Assembly: GCA_963818475.1 (NCBI GenBank)
Contig: CAWFSF010000002.1
Coordinates: 786,497 to 850,496 of the forward strand
Direction: 5' to 3'
Origin: Nitrospirota bacterium
Lineage (GTDB): Bacteria > Nitrospirota > UBA9217
DNA length: 64,000 nt
Part shown: in pieces, positions 18,608 to 29,733 of the stretch
Position numbering within the stretch: position 1 is the first letter of the stretch
How the letters are laid out: every line of letters begins with the position of its first letter
The notes under the pieces: generated by a model
Seen by the model: the letters and a program-made list of their open reading frames with translations, nothing else
Told to the model about the DNA's origin: nothing
The model's database searches: none
Program-made: the position numbers and the translations under genes

Positions 18608-21094
18608 ATGAGAAATAGATCGAATATAGTGATATTCCTCGTAACGGTAAGCTTGACTATACTCCTTGTTGTACCCTATGCACCAGCTGCTAAACAGCCA
18701 TCTGCCCCGATCACTGAACAAGCGGCCTGTTCTCAGGCGGAGGCATATCTAAAAGACGGCGCCCTCGATCTCGCTGAAAATAAATACACGGAAGTCCTTA
18801 ACAAAAAAACTAAATCTGAATGTGCCTTGGCCGGTTTGCGTAGCGTTGCTGAGAAAAAGTGTGATGTAGCGATGCAGCTGGCATCCGCTGGCGACCTTGA
18901 AGGCGCAAAAAATCTATTTTCAAAAATGCTCAACTTATATCCGGATATGTACTGCGCTGCCGCCGGACTCGAATGGATCCTGAATAGGGAGATTGAAGGC
19001 CTGATCAAGATTGGGAACTATGATGAGGCCTGGAAAAGGATTAGTTCTGCTAGAGCGGTAAATCCGAAGAATGTTGAGTTGAAGAACTTGTCCAAAGGTT
19101 TGCCGATTATGTCCCGCCGTTTCTATATTCTGCTGAAAGAGGCTTTGAAATGGTTAGCGATAGTATTCATATTGACGTTGGTGGTTTGGCTAGTTCCCTG
19201 GTGGTTAGGCATTTTATTTAAGATGAAAATCGATGTTGGCGAATTTACGCTGGGGTCTGCTCTGTTGAAAAAGGATGCAAACGCAAGTCCAGACCCGAAT
19301 AAGGCTCTTCCGGCAATATTTGAAGAAAAGTTGTCTGGACTCTGCAAAGCGTGCAGGCTTAATAATCCTGACATGATCGATGGGCCCCTTCAGATACCTC
19401 AGCTACCAGGCGATTTTTCATCTATGCCAAAAGAAGCAAGTGACTTATGGAATTTTATTACGAAGTTTATCCCAGACAATGCGTTGACTATAAAAGGAAG
19501 CTTGGAGTACGAAGAAATAGAAGGGGCTGGTCTTTATGTCAAGCTCATCCACAGCAAAGGAAACTCGTTATGGGCGTCCTTCACCGTTTGGCAAAGTGAC
19601 GTTGATCCAGAGTTCAAGGTTGGAGCTGGGGACCCTGGTTTAAATGATTACATGCGGCTGGTTAAACCTGCTGCCGCAAGGGCGTATTGGACGATATATA
19701 AAAAGCATAGAATAACGTTTCGCGATGTGCGTGGCGCCTTCAAGTATATAGAGCCGGGTGATTTGATCCACATCCGTAAGTTGCTTGAAAGAATGAAGCT
19801 TATTACTTTACATAACGTATTCGGAACGGAAGAGGTAGAGAGCCATATTTACACTCAAATTGCATTGCGCCAAAAGTCGACAAATATTGACTTAATGAAG
19901 AAAACACTAATTAGAGCTCTGACCCACGATTACAAGAATTACCTTGCCAGGTTTACTTTGGCAACGATTGAAGTCAGCGAGGCTGACAAGTGCATCCGTC
20001 AAGAAATGGATCAGCTAAAGATTCCAGATGCAAAAAAAGAATACGAGAATGCCGTATGGAATTTTGAACACGTTAAAAGGCAGACGGGCAAAGACCAGCA
20101 GAACAAGGCTCATTTCTTAGCAAATTATTGGTTGGGAGTCATTGAACTCTATAAGTATGGTGTCACAAAAGAAACACAAGGAAACCTTGCTCGTGCGGAG
20201 GAATTGTTAAGACAAGCCGTTAATGGTGCAAAGGAAGCACATAGGAAGAATAAATGCGCAATAACTGATGAGTTGTTAATTATGCTAGAAATTCCTTATC
20301 TGGGCGCCCAAGCATTGAATTTGGTTGCCAGAGTGCATACTAATCCTAAAAAATACAAACCTAAAATGAATATAATTTTGGACAAGATAGAAAATATTGA
20401 AAATCACCACTACGCCTCATCTCGCATTCTATACAACCTAGCGTGTTTTAAGAGCAGATCGGTCCAGTATCAAATATATGCAGGAGACCCTTCGGACCGG
20501 GAGCTGGTGGAAAATGCAGTGTCCCACTTGAAGAAAGTCCTCAAAGTAGACCCTTACCGTTATAAAAATATGATCATGACGGATCCTGCGCTTAGGACAT
20601 TGCGAGACAATAAAGAGAAAGGGAAAGAGTTGCTAGATATGTTGAAAGATATAGCTCCCGAACCATCTGCCCCTGTTAAGCCTAAGTCATCTTCTATCGC
20701 TGATCTTGTAGGAGGCGAAGCGCGGCGATCCTGCAGAAGGCCAACATACAGTTGTCAGAAGACTTGTTGAGAGAAACAAGAAAACATGCGTCCAGAGAGC
20801 ATTTGGCCAAGCAATGCTATTTGAACGAGAAACAACTATTACAGTGGGCAAGAGTTGTAGAGTTAACGCGTATCAAAGGGATTGATATTGGTGTCGCTGC
20901 TCTATTTTATGCGGTCGGGATAGAATCAATTGATGAGCTTAAGCGCTTCAGAGAAGAAAGAACGAGAGTTGCTGTGTGAACTCAAGAATGCGAAAGAAAC
21001 GCGACAAATAGTTGTAACGTTGCCTGAAAGTGACAAGCTTGCACGGTGGATAGAGGAGGCAGTGCACATGACGTCGTTGGTTGAGCTGTCATGA
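18608..21094 (+). CDS. Membrane-anchored TPR protein with C-terminal DUF4332 (HhH) domain, two indels near the 3' end
   Basis: Signal peptide, Cys-rich TPR-like helices, TM segment, LYNLAC TPR end; shifted frames give DLL...R..LA...LLQWA...ELTRIKGI...A.L..VGI.S..EL...WIEEA (DUF4332-like). Confidence 0.65.
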
Positions 21095-21100
21095 ATATCA

Positions 21101-22947
21101 TTGGGATCAAGGGGGTATCGCATAAAACTCTTGCCGCTTGATAAACTCGGTACTCGGGAGACGTCGCCCGGAGTGATTGACTTCGGGCTCTTCCTGCCCT
21201 GGGTCTCGGCGCAGGAGTTCCTCCAGGAGATCCAACCGCTCCTGTTCGAGCTCTCCCACTCGCCTGATCCCGATTACCATGATTACTGGTCAGGAAAAGT
21301 CACCATCGACCCGGGCGGAAGACCTCATCCGAAGTCCGCCTGGGGCGATCCGGGCAGATATGTCTACCGGTATGTGCTCCAGAATCCGAATAGTCCCGAA
21401 CTTATCGATTGGATCATAGACCCCTTTGCCAGGGAGTTCGGGGTGGGCAAGCTGTCTGCCTTTACGCTGGGGTACGATAAGTTTGAGAAGTACAAATGGA
21501 GTGATCAGGAACAGGTATGGAAGACGCCTGCACTCGAAGATCTTGTCTTGTATGAACTCATGATCAACGAGTTCGGCGGGGACATCGACGGCACGATCGC
21601 CCGTCTCGATTATCTCGCTGACCTGGGGATCAACTGCATCGAGATCATGCCGGTGTCGAACGTTTCCAATACCGTGGATTGGGGATTCCTGCCCATCGGG
21701 TACTTCGGCGTTGATGAGCGTTTCGGTAAACGGAAAGATCTCCAGAAACTAGTCGATGCGGCCCACCAGCGTGGCATTGCAGTGATCCTCGATGCAGTAT
21801 ATGGCCACACGAGTGAAAATTTCCCCTTTTGTTACGTCTATCAGAAGCTGGCATATCATGAGAACCCTTTCATGGGCCCTTTTGCCAAAGACTACTTCGG
21901 TGTGAGTACAGATTTCAACCGGGCGTTCACGCGCGACTTTTTCTTTACCGTGAATCATCATTGGCTCGATTGCTATCATGTGGACGGGTTCCGCTACGAC
22001 TGTGTACCCAATTACTGGGACGGCCCGCTGGGGAACGGCTATGCCGCTCTGATCTACCATACCTATCAGACCGTAAAGGCAAATCGGACGAGTCAATCCA
22101 TTGGCAGCGCTTCTTCGAGAGCGGCATCATAAATCTCATCCAGTGCGCCGAGCAGCTCGAAGGCCGGGACATTTTGGATAAAAGCTACAGCACCTGCACC
22201 TGGCAGAACGAGACGCTGGATGCCGCTCAAGGAGTGGCACAGGGGAACCATGACGAGATTGTGAATCTCGGTTTAAGGCTCGGTCTCTTGGGCTACCCCG
22301 GGGCCATCACGTGCAACGTGGATACGATCAAAAAAACCGCGCTCCAGTACATTGAAAACCACGATCACTCCCGATTCGTCTGCAATTTCAGCATCACCGG
22401 CAGTGACAATGAACTTCTCTGCGAGGGAAACCGGGCACTGTGGTATAAGGTCCAGCCTTATCTGATAGGCATGCTGACTGCCCGGGCATTCCCATGCTCT
22501 GGCAAGGACAGGAGTTTGGCGAAAACTATTACATTCCGGAACAGGGAATGGGCCGGGTCGCGCTCTCAGGCCGGAGCGCTGGGACTACTTCTACGATGCG
22601 ATCGGCAAACAGACGATTGGCCTCGTTCGCGAACTCATCAAACTGCGCCGAGGTCTTCCGCAGCTTCGCACCGGAGACCACTTCTTTTACAACCACGATG
22701 ATCGCTACCAGTCAAAGAAGGTACTGCTCTTTTCCCGTTCCTCCGGCAGGAACTTCACCCTGGTTGCGCTGAACTTTGGCGACAGGATCAGCGGATCTCT
22801 TTACCTTTCCCGCAAGCGGGGTATTATGAGGAAGAACTTCACGGTAAGGAAGATGACCGTCTCAACCTGAAAGAAATCGTGACCGGTGCAGACACGTGGC
22901 TTCTCATCCCGAGCAACTACGGACGGGATTGGTCGCTTGCGTCATGA
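21101..22947 (+). CDS. GH13 alpha-amylase-family glycosidase; frameshifted, 5' end appears damaged
   Basis: DPFARE, LDYLADLGINCIEIMP, WG, AVILDAVYGH, DGFRYD, ENHD and PMLWQGQEFGE motifs across three frames. Confidence 0.8.
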
Positions 22948-23094
22948 GTTCGGAGCGGATCGCCGTCTACCACGAATCAAGGTTGAATCTGATATAATCA
23001 AACATAAGTACGACAGGAGCGGTCGGGAAGCGGGATGGAACCATGATCTGCAGAAGCAGAGCGGCATTTTGATGCATTTTGAGGAGATCCTGTC

Positions 23095-23948
23095 ATGAGT
23101 TCTGCACAATTTTGTCCGATATCCATACTTGACAGGCTGCTGTTGGCCACGGACCGGTCCGCATTCAGCGAAGGAGCGGTGAGAGAAGCAATAGACTTTG
23201 CGCAAAGAGGTGTTCAAGCTGGCTCTACGTAATGGCTGTTATGGAATCAAACCCTGAATACGAGACCATCGGGGCCAGTGTTTTTGAAAAAGAGGAAAAA
23301 GAGGCATTGGCATACCTTGAAGCCGTAAAAACACGGGCTGTACACGAAGGGGTATCCTGTTCTACCATTTTACGCGAGGGGGTGACACCACATCAACTGA
23401 TCACCGATGAGGCTGTCGAGAAAAAGGTCGACATGATCGTCATCGGCAGGCGCGGCCGCAGCGGCTTGATGAAGGTGTTGATGGGCAGTGTGGCTGCAAA
23501 AGTCATCGGTCATGCGCCCTGCAAGGTCCTCGTCGTTCCCCGGGCCGCACGGATCGAATGCAGGAATATATTGGTTGCCACGGACGGCTCAGCGCACAGT
23601 ATCGCCGCGGCCGCGGAAGCGATCGGGATCGCAAAACGCTGCGGAGGCAATATTATCGCTCTGTCCACCATGTACGTTCAAGAAGGTTTCGAAGAAGCAA
23701 AGGGCAAATGTCGGCGCCGTCGGTTGGGATCGGCCCGGAAGGAGGGCATTCCCGTGGAGGCATCGACCCCGGCAGGCAGGTCTCACGAGGTGGTCGTCGA
23801 AACCGCGGGCGGCAGGGGCGTTGATTTGATCGTCATGGGGGCCTACGGGAAAACAGGACTCAAGAAAATTCTCATGGGAAGCTCAACGGAAAAGGTCATC
23901 GGCCATGCGAATTGCGCCGTTCTGGTTGTCAGGGCGCCGTGTCCTTGA
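23095..23948 (+). CDS. Tandem universal stress protein (USP), frameshifted
   Basis: LLLATDRS, DMIVIGRRG..MGSVAAKV, ILVATDGS, DLIVMG...GSSTEKV..CAVLVV. Confidence 0.85.
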
Positions 23949-24122
23949 TAAGTAAAAAGTGGAGAAGACCGTTTTTGCGAGCGTACGGCATCGATCTGGT
24001 TGATTCGTAGCTGTCTGATAAATCGGATTCCGTTTCGCTCCACTCTTCGCAAGGACAGCTGTGGGACTTCTTATGAGACCATCATGAATAGTGAAAAGTA
24101 AAACCTTTTCACTTTTTACGTT

Positions 24123-24659
24123 TCACCCTTCAATTAAGGAACGGACATGGCCGGCGATATCCCGCAGGAGCGTGTCCCGGTTCCTCTCCGTGACCTCGAA
24201 CAGAAGAATGCCCGGACGGCGTTTCACTTCATCGATAAAGCCGCCGGCCTTCAGGGCAATGGTCGCAATGACTGGAGCAGGCGCATCGAGCAGCGAGGTG
24301 ACAAGGTCGCGGAATTTTGCGGAGAGGCACTCCATCTTGCCGATCTCATCGATGATGACAAGCCGTGACGAGAGGTCAGGCAGCGGCAGCGCTCCGAGAA
24401 ACCGCTCAAATCCAACTAGATCAACGCCGTATTTGCCGACCCGGTGCTCCTTGATCTCCACATGCGCAAGTATGCCCGTTCTTTTGAGGTCGAGGCTCGT
24501 GAGCCGGAAGCCTGTTCTCGCGGCCTGCGACCGCATCTCATCGGTGGTGAATCCTGCGGGTTCGTATTCCCGAAGCTCATCCGCAAGCTTCTTTATGATC
24601 GTGGTCTTACCGCTTCCCGGCAGGCCCGTAATAAGAATGTTCTTCGCTATGCTTGCCAT
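24123..24659 (-). CDS. THEP1-type nucleoside triphosphatase (COG1618)
   Basis: ITGLPGSGKTT, GF.T.E, VGKYGV, IIDEIGKME. Confidence 0.9.
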   Translation of the reverse strand: MASIAKNILITGLPGSGKTTIIKKLADELREYEPAGFTTDEMRSQAARTGFRLTSLDLKRTGILAHVEIKEHRVGKYGVDLVGFERFLGALPLPDLSSRLVIIDEIGKMECLSAKFRDLVTSLLDAPAPVIATIALKAGGFIDEVKRRPGILLFEVTERNRDTLLRDIAGHVRSLIEG

Positions 24660-24729
24660 GGTTATTTTTTGTACATCCCATCAGAATAAAGATGCCCATT
24701 AACTTGTTATCTCCCCCCATACACACCTG

Positions 24730-24910
24730 CGCACTTTGTCACCTTTCTTGCTTGCCCAAGAAAGGTGACCCAAAGAAGGGCACCCGGCGGAAATTCTTAA
24801 CGCCATGCTCGGTCGTCCTCGGTACATTTCGGAAACTCGCCCTTCGGGCTCAGACAGTCCGAAATGCTTCACCCTCGGACTCGGTCGCCTGGCTAAATTT
24901 TCGCATGGGA
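24730..24910. repeat. Structured intergenic repeat (REP/MITE-like)
   Basis: GTCACCTTTCTTG...CAAGAAAGGTGAC hairpin, followed by further nested stems (CATTTCGGA/TCCGAAATG, GCCC-TTCG-GGGC-like). Confidence 0.6.
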
Positions 24911-25014
24911 ACATGCAAGAATCTCCAATTCTAATCTTTACCCCAAACCCCGCATGCCCCGGAGCGGACCTACGAAGTTAAGGATCTCGAACATCATAGA
25001 TGATCGCGACGTTT

Positions 25015-25719
25015 CTATACGTCCTTACGTTTCACGCTTCCAGGCGTACTGTTCATTCACCGATCGATGAAGCTTAAAGGGCCTGATGCTGTCGCTCAAA
25101 CGTTCTCCGAGAACCTCTATCTTTTTCAGATCAGCTTCACCCATGCCCTGTTCCGCGCAGTAATGCAGGTAACCGACGTCATGAAAGTCAACGCCCATGA
25201 TCTCACAGGCGACCCGGTCCGCTGCGAGTGCGTCAATGCTCGCTATGCCTGTTCCAGATGGACCAGATAGCCGCTATCAGGACCATCTCCTTCCATGCCT
25301 TCAAAGCCGTCGATGATTGCCAAACCCGGCCAGACGCGTCCGGCAAGTTCGGCAATAATAAGTGGTCAGCCTGACTCCCTGGTGTACGGCTTTCTTGTCA
25401 TTTCCTGATGCTCCCCACGGCCATGTTTTTGACGGACAAGGTCACCACGACGGTATCATGCGTCTTCATTTTGGCGGCCAATGATAAAATTATCTTTGTC
25501 CCGTAACAGGCTGGAGAGCCTCACGGCAATCGTTTTCTTATCCCGGTCGATGAGCGAATACGTGCTCTGGGCCCTTGTTCAAGTCGATGAGCTCTATGTT
25601 ATCTCCTGAAGAAGGCGCTCATACCGAAGTTCATAAATGCATTCCGGGTATCAGTCGCACGCTGCATCACGCAATTACGATCTTGTACCGGTAAATGCTT
25701 GTAAAGAGATCAAGGATGC
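25015..25719 (-). repeat. Degenerate tandem copy of 25726-26439 (3' ~700 bp of the DUF362 gene)
   Basis: Near-identical sequence, with indels accumulating toward 25719. Confidence 0.9.
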
Positions 25720-25735
25720 ATTATACTATACGTCC

Positions 25736-26614
25736 TTACGTTTCACGCTTCCAGGCGTACTGTTCATTCACCGATCGATGAAGCTTAAAGGGCCTGATGC
25801 TGTCGCTCAAACGTTCTCCGAGAACCTCTATCTTTTTCAGATCAGCTTCACCCATGCCCTGTTCCGCGCAGTAATGCAGGTAACCGACGTCATGAAAGTC
25901 AACGCCCATGATCTCACAGGCGACCCGGTCCGCTGCGAGTGCGTCAATGCTCGCTATGCCTGTTCCCAGATGGACCGGATCGCCGCTTATCGGACCATCT
26001 CCTTCCATGCCTTCAAAGCCGTCGATGATTGCCAAACCCGGCCAGACGCGTCCGGCAAGTTCGGCAATAATGAAGTTGGTCAGCCTGACTCCCTGGTGTA
26101 CGGCTTTCTTGTCATTTCCTACGATGCTCCCCACGGCCATGTTTTTGACGGACAAGGTCACCACGACGGTATCATGCGTCTTCATTTTGGCGGCCGAAAT
26201 GATAAAATTATCTTTGTCCCGTAACAGGCTGGAGAGCCTCACGGCAATCGTTTTCTTATCCCGGTCGATGAGCGAATACGTCTCATACGGGCCCTTGTTC
26301 AAGTCGATGAGCTCTATGTTATATTCCTGAAGAAGGCGCTCATACCCGAAGTTCATAAATGCCTTCCGGGTATCGTAGCACGCTGCCTCCGCAATTACGA
26401 TCTTGTCCCGGTAAATGCTTGTAAAGAAATCAAGGATGCCCCGTATCTGCTCGACATGGCTCGATGCGAGCTGTTTTGTTGAAGAAACGAAGTTGGGTTT
26501 TATTACGGGTCGCCGGGAAGCCAGTCCTCTGGTAATGTCATCGGCGATAAGGTCGAGGGACCTCCTCGCAATTTCTCTCCTATCGCCGCCTTTTATGAGT
26601 GATACCCGTGCCAT
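25736..26614 (-). CDS. DUF362-domain protein
   Basis: VIKPNFV, AKMKTH..VVTLSVKN, IIDG..GMEGDGP..G, ALAADRV. Confidence 0.85.
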   Translation of the reverse strand: MARVSLIKGGDRREIARRSLDLIADDITRGLASRRPVIKPNFVSSTKQLASSHVEQIRGILDFFTSIYRDKIVIAEAACYDTRKAFMNFGYERLLQEYNIELIDLNKGPYETYSLIDRDKKTIAVRLSSLLRDKDNFIISAAKMKTHDTVVVTLSVKNMAVGSIVGNDKKAVHQGVRLTNFIIAELAGRVWPGLAIIDGFEGMEGDGPISGDPVHLGTGIASIDALAADRVACEIMGVDFHDVGYLHYCAEQGMGEADLKKIEVLGERLSDSIRPFKLHRSVNEQYAWKRET

Positions 26615-26774
26615 GTGATTTTATTGTAATGGGTCTTCTCCTTTTTGGATGGGTAAGTAAACCTACCGCCCCTGCATCCCGTGAGCATCGCTGCGAACTG
26701 CGGTGCAGAAAAAAGAAAGATCTCGCTCCTCCTGAAAAATGTGCCGTATTGTCATTCACCGCTTGAAGCATGCA

Positions 26775-27776
26775 TCATCCCTTCAACAATAAGGCTGTCA
26801 ACCTTTCAGCATACTGCCTGCCTGCCGCGTCATCCGTCACGATCTCGATGTCCTCGGGACGTGATACGCCCAGTCCGAGTTCAACGGCCCTCGCAATCTG
26901 TTCCTGCCCAAAGATCTTCTTCTCCATTATGGCCTTGTTGCTGCCCAGCTCTTTTAAGATCGACAGCCCGACGGCGTCGATCGCGATCCGGTCGGTCCCG
27001 GCGAGTATGACGTTCCCCTGTTTCACGGGGCCGTGCGAAGGGCCTTTGTCCACAAAGGCATCGATGCCATCCAGCAGGATCAGGGAGGGCCGGTAGGCCG
27101 TGTTGATCTCGGCGATCATCTTGCGCATGTTGAAAAAAGAGGTATGGAGCTCAGTCAGGTTCTTCTTGTTGGTGACGCCCACGGAGAGCTTGAGCGACAG
27201 GGTGAAAACCCCGCCATAACCGTGCGTCTTGAGGCAGCAGGTCGTCACGATGCACGGTGAGTCGACCACGGGTTTGGCGACGAGAAAGCCGTTCCGCCAG
27301 TTACTCCCTTCGGGCTGGAACCGCACCCATGCATTTTGCGTCAGGTCCTCGAAATTGATGATGCGGACATCGTGTTCTTTGCAAAGCTCGTAGACACCTT
27401 TCTCCCGCATTACGTCGGCCGTATCGGGGGGCCCGCTCCGCTCGCCGAGGGTGATGCTTTTTGCGCCCATTGCCTTGAGCTTCAGTATGAGGTGGACGAG
27501 TGTGTCGTTATGGGTCGAACCGGGGAACGGGTCCGCGGTATTGAAGTTCGGCTTGAGCAGAACGTCCTTTCCGTTCACCGGATCAGTGTTCAGCAGGTCA
27601 ACGGCCCTGCTGATGGCTGCAGCCCTGTCTCGGGTCCTCACCAGCGATACGGTTGCTTTGCTGCGTTTCGGGCCGTTCTTCACCTCTTTGCTCACTTCAG
27701 TGCCTCCCCTGGCCTTTCCTGCAGCAGCGGAGATCGCCCCGCCTGCCATGGTCATCAAAAACTCTCGCCTGTTCAT
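26775..27776 (-). CDS. Tat-exported DUF362-domain protein
   Basis: MNRREFL twin-arginine signal; VLLKPNFN, LKTH...FTLSLKL, DRIAIDAVG. Confidence 0.85.
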   Translation of the reverse strand: MNRREFLMTMAGGAISAAAGKARGGTEVSKEVKNGPKRSKATVSLVRTRDRAAAISRAVDLLNTDPVNGKDVLLKPNFNTADPFPGSTHNDTLVHLILKLKAMGAKSITLGERSGPPDTADVMREKGVYELCKEHDVRIINFEDLTQNAWVRFQPEGSNWRNGFLVAKPVVDSPCIVTTCCLKTHGYGGVFTLSLKLSVGVTNKKNLTELHTSFFNMRKMIAEINTAYRPSLILLDGIDAFVDKGPSHGPVKQGNVILAGTDRIAIDAVGLSILKELGSNKAIMEKKIFGQEQIARAVELGLGVSRPEDIEIVTDDAAGRQYAERLTALLLKG

Positions 27777-27779
27777 GGC

Positions 27780-28352
27780 TCACCTCTGTATGCCCCCGTC
27801 CGGGCATTTTTCCAGCGCCGTGTTTTTTATGACTCCGCACCGGCTCCTGCATGCGAAGCAGAATTCCGGCTCCTTCACGTCCGTGTCCCTGAGACTGTTC
27901 GAGAAATGCATGACGCACCGGGGGTCCGGGCAGTGTCCGAGACCGCAGGCGTGGCCCACTTCGTGAATTGCTTCTTTCGCTGCCCTTAGGAGAAAGAGTT
28001 CCCGGTCCGGTTCGAGACCATAATACTCCTGCCGCAGCCGCGGGAGCTCGATGATCGCGGTCCGGGCGAGCATATCCGCCTCGCCGAACACGAAGTTGAG
28101 CTCCGGAACGTAGAGGTCTTGATCGATCACGCCGAGAACGATGTCGCACCCTCCGGGTTTCAAGGCCTCCAGTGCTTTCAAGATCCTCGTTGAATGATAC
28201 TGCCCTTTTCGTGCGTTATAGGTCTTGTCCGGAATCGGCACCGCATCGCCGATACCGGTCTCGCTTCCGTAGATTTCCCGCAGCGCGCTGGCGATGGAGT
28301 CGAGGGTGTTTTGATCCGCTTCGCCGATGGGGATAATAACGATCTTTATCAT
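27780..28352 (-). CDS. Archaemetzincin-family Zn metalloprotease
   Basis: DLY..LNFVFGEA, HEVGHACGLGHC....CVM, FC..C. Confidence 0.9.
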   Translation of the reverse strand: MIKIVIIPIGEADQNTLDSIASALREIYGSETGIGDAVPIPDKTYNARKGQYHSTRILKALEALKPGGCDIVLGVIDQDLYVPELNFVFGEADMLARTAIIELPRLRQEYYGLEPDRELFLLRAAKEAIHEVGHACGLGHCPDPRCVMHFSNSLRDTDVKEPEFCFACRSRCGVIKNTALEKCPDGGIQR

Positions 28353-29092
28353 GGCATCTCCTGCTCAAAAACGCCGTAGGTTCCGCGCAGGGGAATGTAG
28401 AGCACCTGGCAAATGACCGTCCGAGCCATGCCCTGTTCTGTTCTGACGAGCATCACGAGGTTCTGTATTCCCTGTTCGACCACAGGACCGATGATCCGGC
28501 CGCCGACCGCGAGTTCGTCGATCAGCGGGGGTGGCATTGCCGCGCACGCAGCGGTTATGCAGATGCGGTCATAGGGCGCCCGGTCAGGATATCCGAAACC
28601 TCCGTCGCCCTGTACGAGTATGATGTCTGTGTAGCCCGCCTTTTCGATATTGTTCTTCGCGAACTGGTACGTGAGGGGATCGATCTCCACGGACACGACG
28701 AGACCACGCTCCCCCACGATCTCCCGCGCAAGCGCGGTGCCGTAGCCCGAGCCCAGGCCGATCTCAAGGAACCGGTGGCCTTCGTCCAGGCCCAGAGGCT
28801 CATAGAAGAGCGGGTAGCTGTGCGGGCATGAGATGGTCGCCCGTTCCCCCGGGAGCCGGAGCGGCACCTCCCGGTAGGCGTAGTCCCGGAACAGGCGCGG
28901 GATGAACTGCTCTCGCTGGACCGTGAGCATCGCCTGTCTGATGCGGCCGGAGTGGAGAAATCCGCGCTGCATCAGCCACCGGACCTTCTCTTCCCGTTCT
29001 TCCCTGAACTCCTCCACCGTCTTCGTCGGCTCCTTCGGCGGAGGCACGACCCAGCCCTGTATCGTCCAGGGACTTCGCTCCTTTTCGTTCAT
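28349..29092 (-). CDS. pcm: Protein-L-isoaspartate O-methyltransferase
   Basis: TIS.P, LEIGLGSGY, GDG..GY...APYDRI.ITAA; ATGA overlap with the archaemetzincin gene. Confidence 0.85.
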   Translation of the reverse strand: MNEKERSPWTIQGWVVPPPKEPTKTVEEFREEREEKVRWLMQRGFLHSGRIRQAMLTVQREQFIPRLFRDYAYREVPLRLPGERATISCPHSYPLFYEPLGLDEGHRFLEIGLGSGYGTALAREIVGERGLVVSVEIDPLTYQFAKNNIEKAGYTDIILVQGDGGFGYPDRAPYDRICITAACAAMPPPLIDELAVGGRIIGPVVEQGIQNLVMLVRTEQGMARTVICQVLYIPLRGTYGVFEQEMP

Positions 29093-29377
29093 TGCCCCCC
29101 TCCGCCGGTCCTGCGGCGCCGCTTTTTTCCGACAAGCATGAGTGAGAGCGGCTGTTCCTGTTCAGGAAGATGGAGAACTGTTCGTACTTGTTCGTCATGG
29201 AACGAACCGATGACCACGGCACAGAGTCCAGTTGCATGGCCTGTCGGACATAGGAGTATTGTAGCACGATCCCCGCGGTCTGCGCCGATGATCGCTTCTG
29301 CTGACGCCCGATCGGTGTTATCATAAGCTTAGCAAAAAGCGGCATACTATTTTTCAGGATCCGGATGCGGCGGGCAA

Positions 29378-29568
29378 ATGGAACATCGGAACTTCATACT
29401 GGCCTATCTCAAGCTTCCTTCCGGCATATTGACGGAAAAGGCCGAAATTGCGGAAAAAATGCTCAAGAGCTGCAAACTCTGCCCCCGTGAGTGCAGGGTC
29501 GACAGGACCGCAGGCAAGCGGAGATTCTGCAGAACAGGGGACAAGCCCTTTGTTTCGAGCTGGGGAAC
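29378..29568 (+). pseudogene. Truncated N-terminus of PflX-like radical SAM protein
   Basis: L.SCKLCPRECRVDRTAG..FCRTG...VSSWG, after which similarity is lost. Confidence 0.7.
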
Positions 29569-29733
29569 TGCTGGGTCGTCCCGATCCGCTTCATTCGATT
29601 GTTTTCGTCTTTCGGTGAGCGCAATTTGGTGACCTGCATCACAGTAAAAATTACCTGGCCGGGCTATTATATCGTACCGGAACTTTTGTCCGCTGACGGC
29701 ATCGGTCCCGTGAAGGCGAAATGCGAGGGAGCA

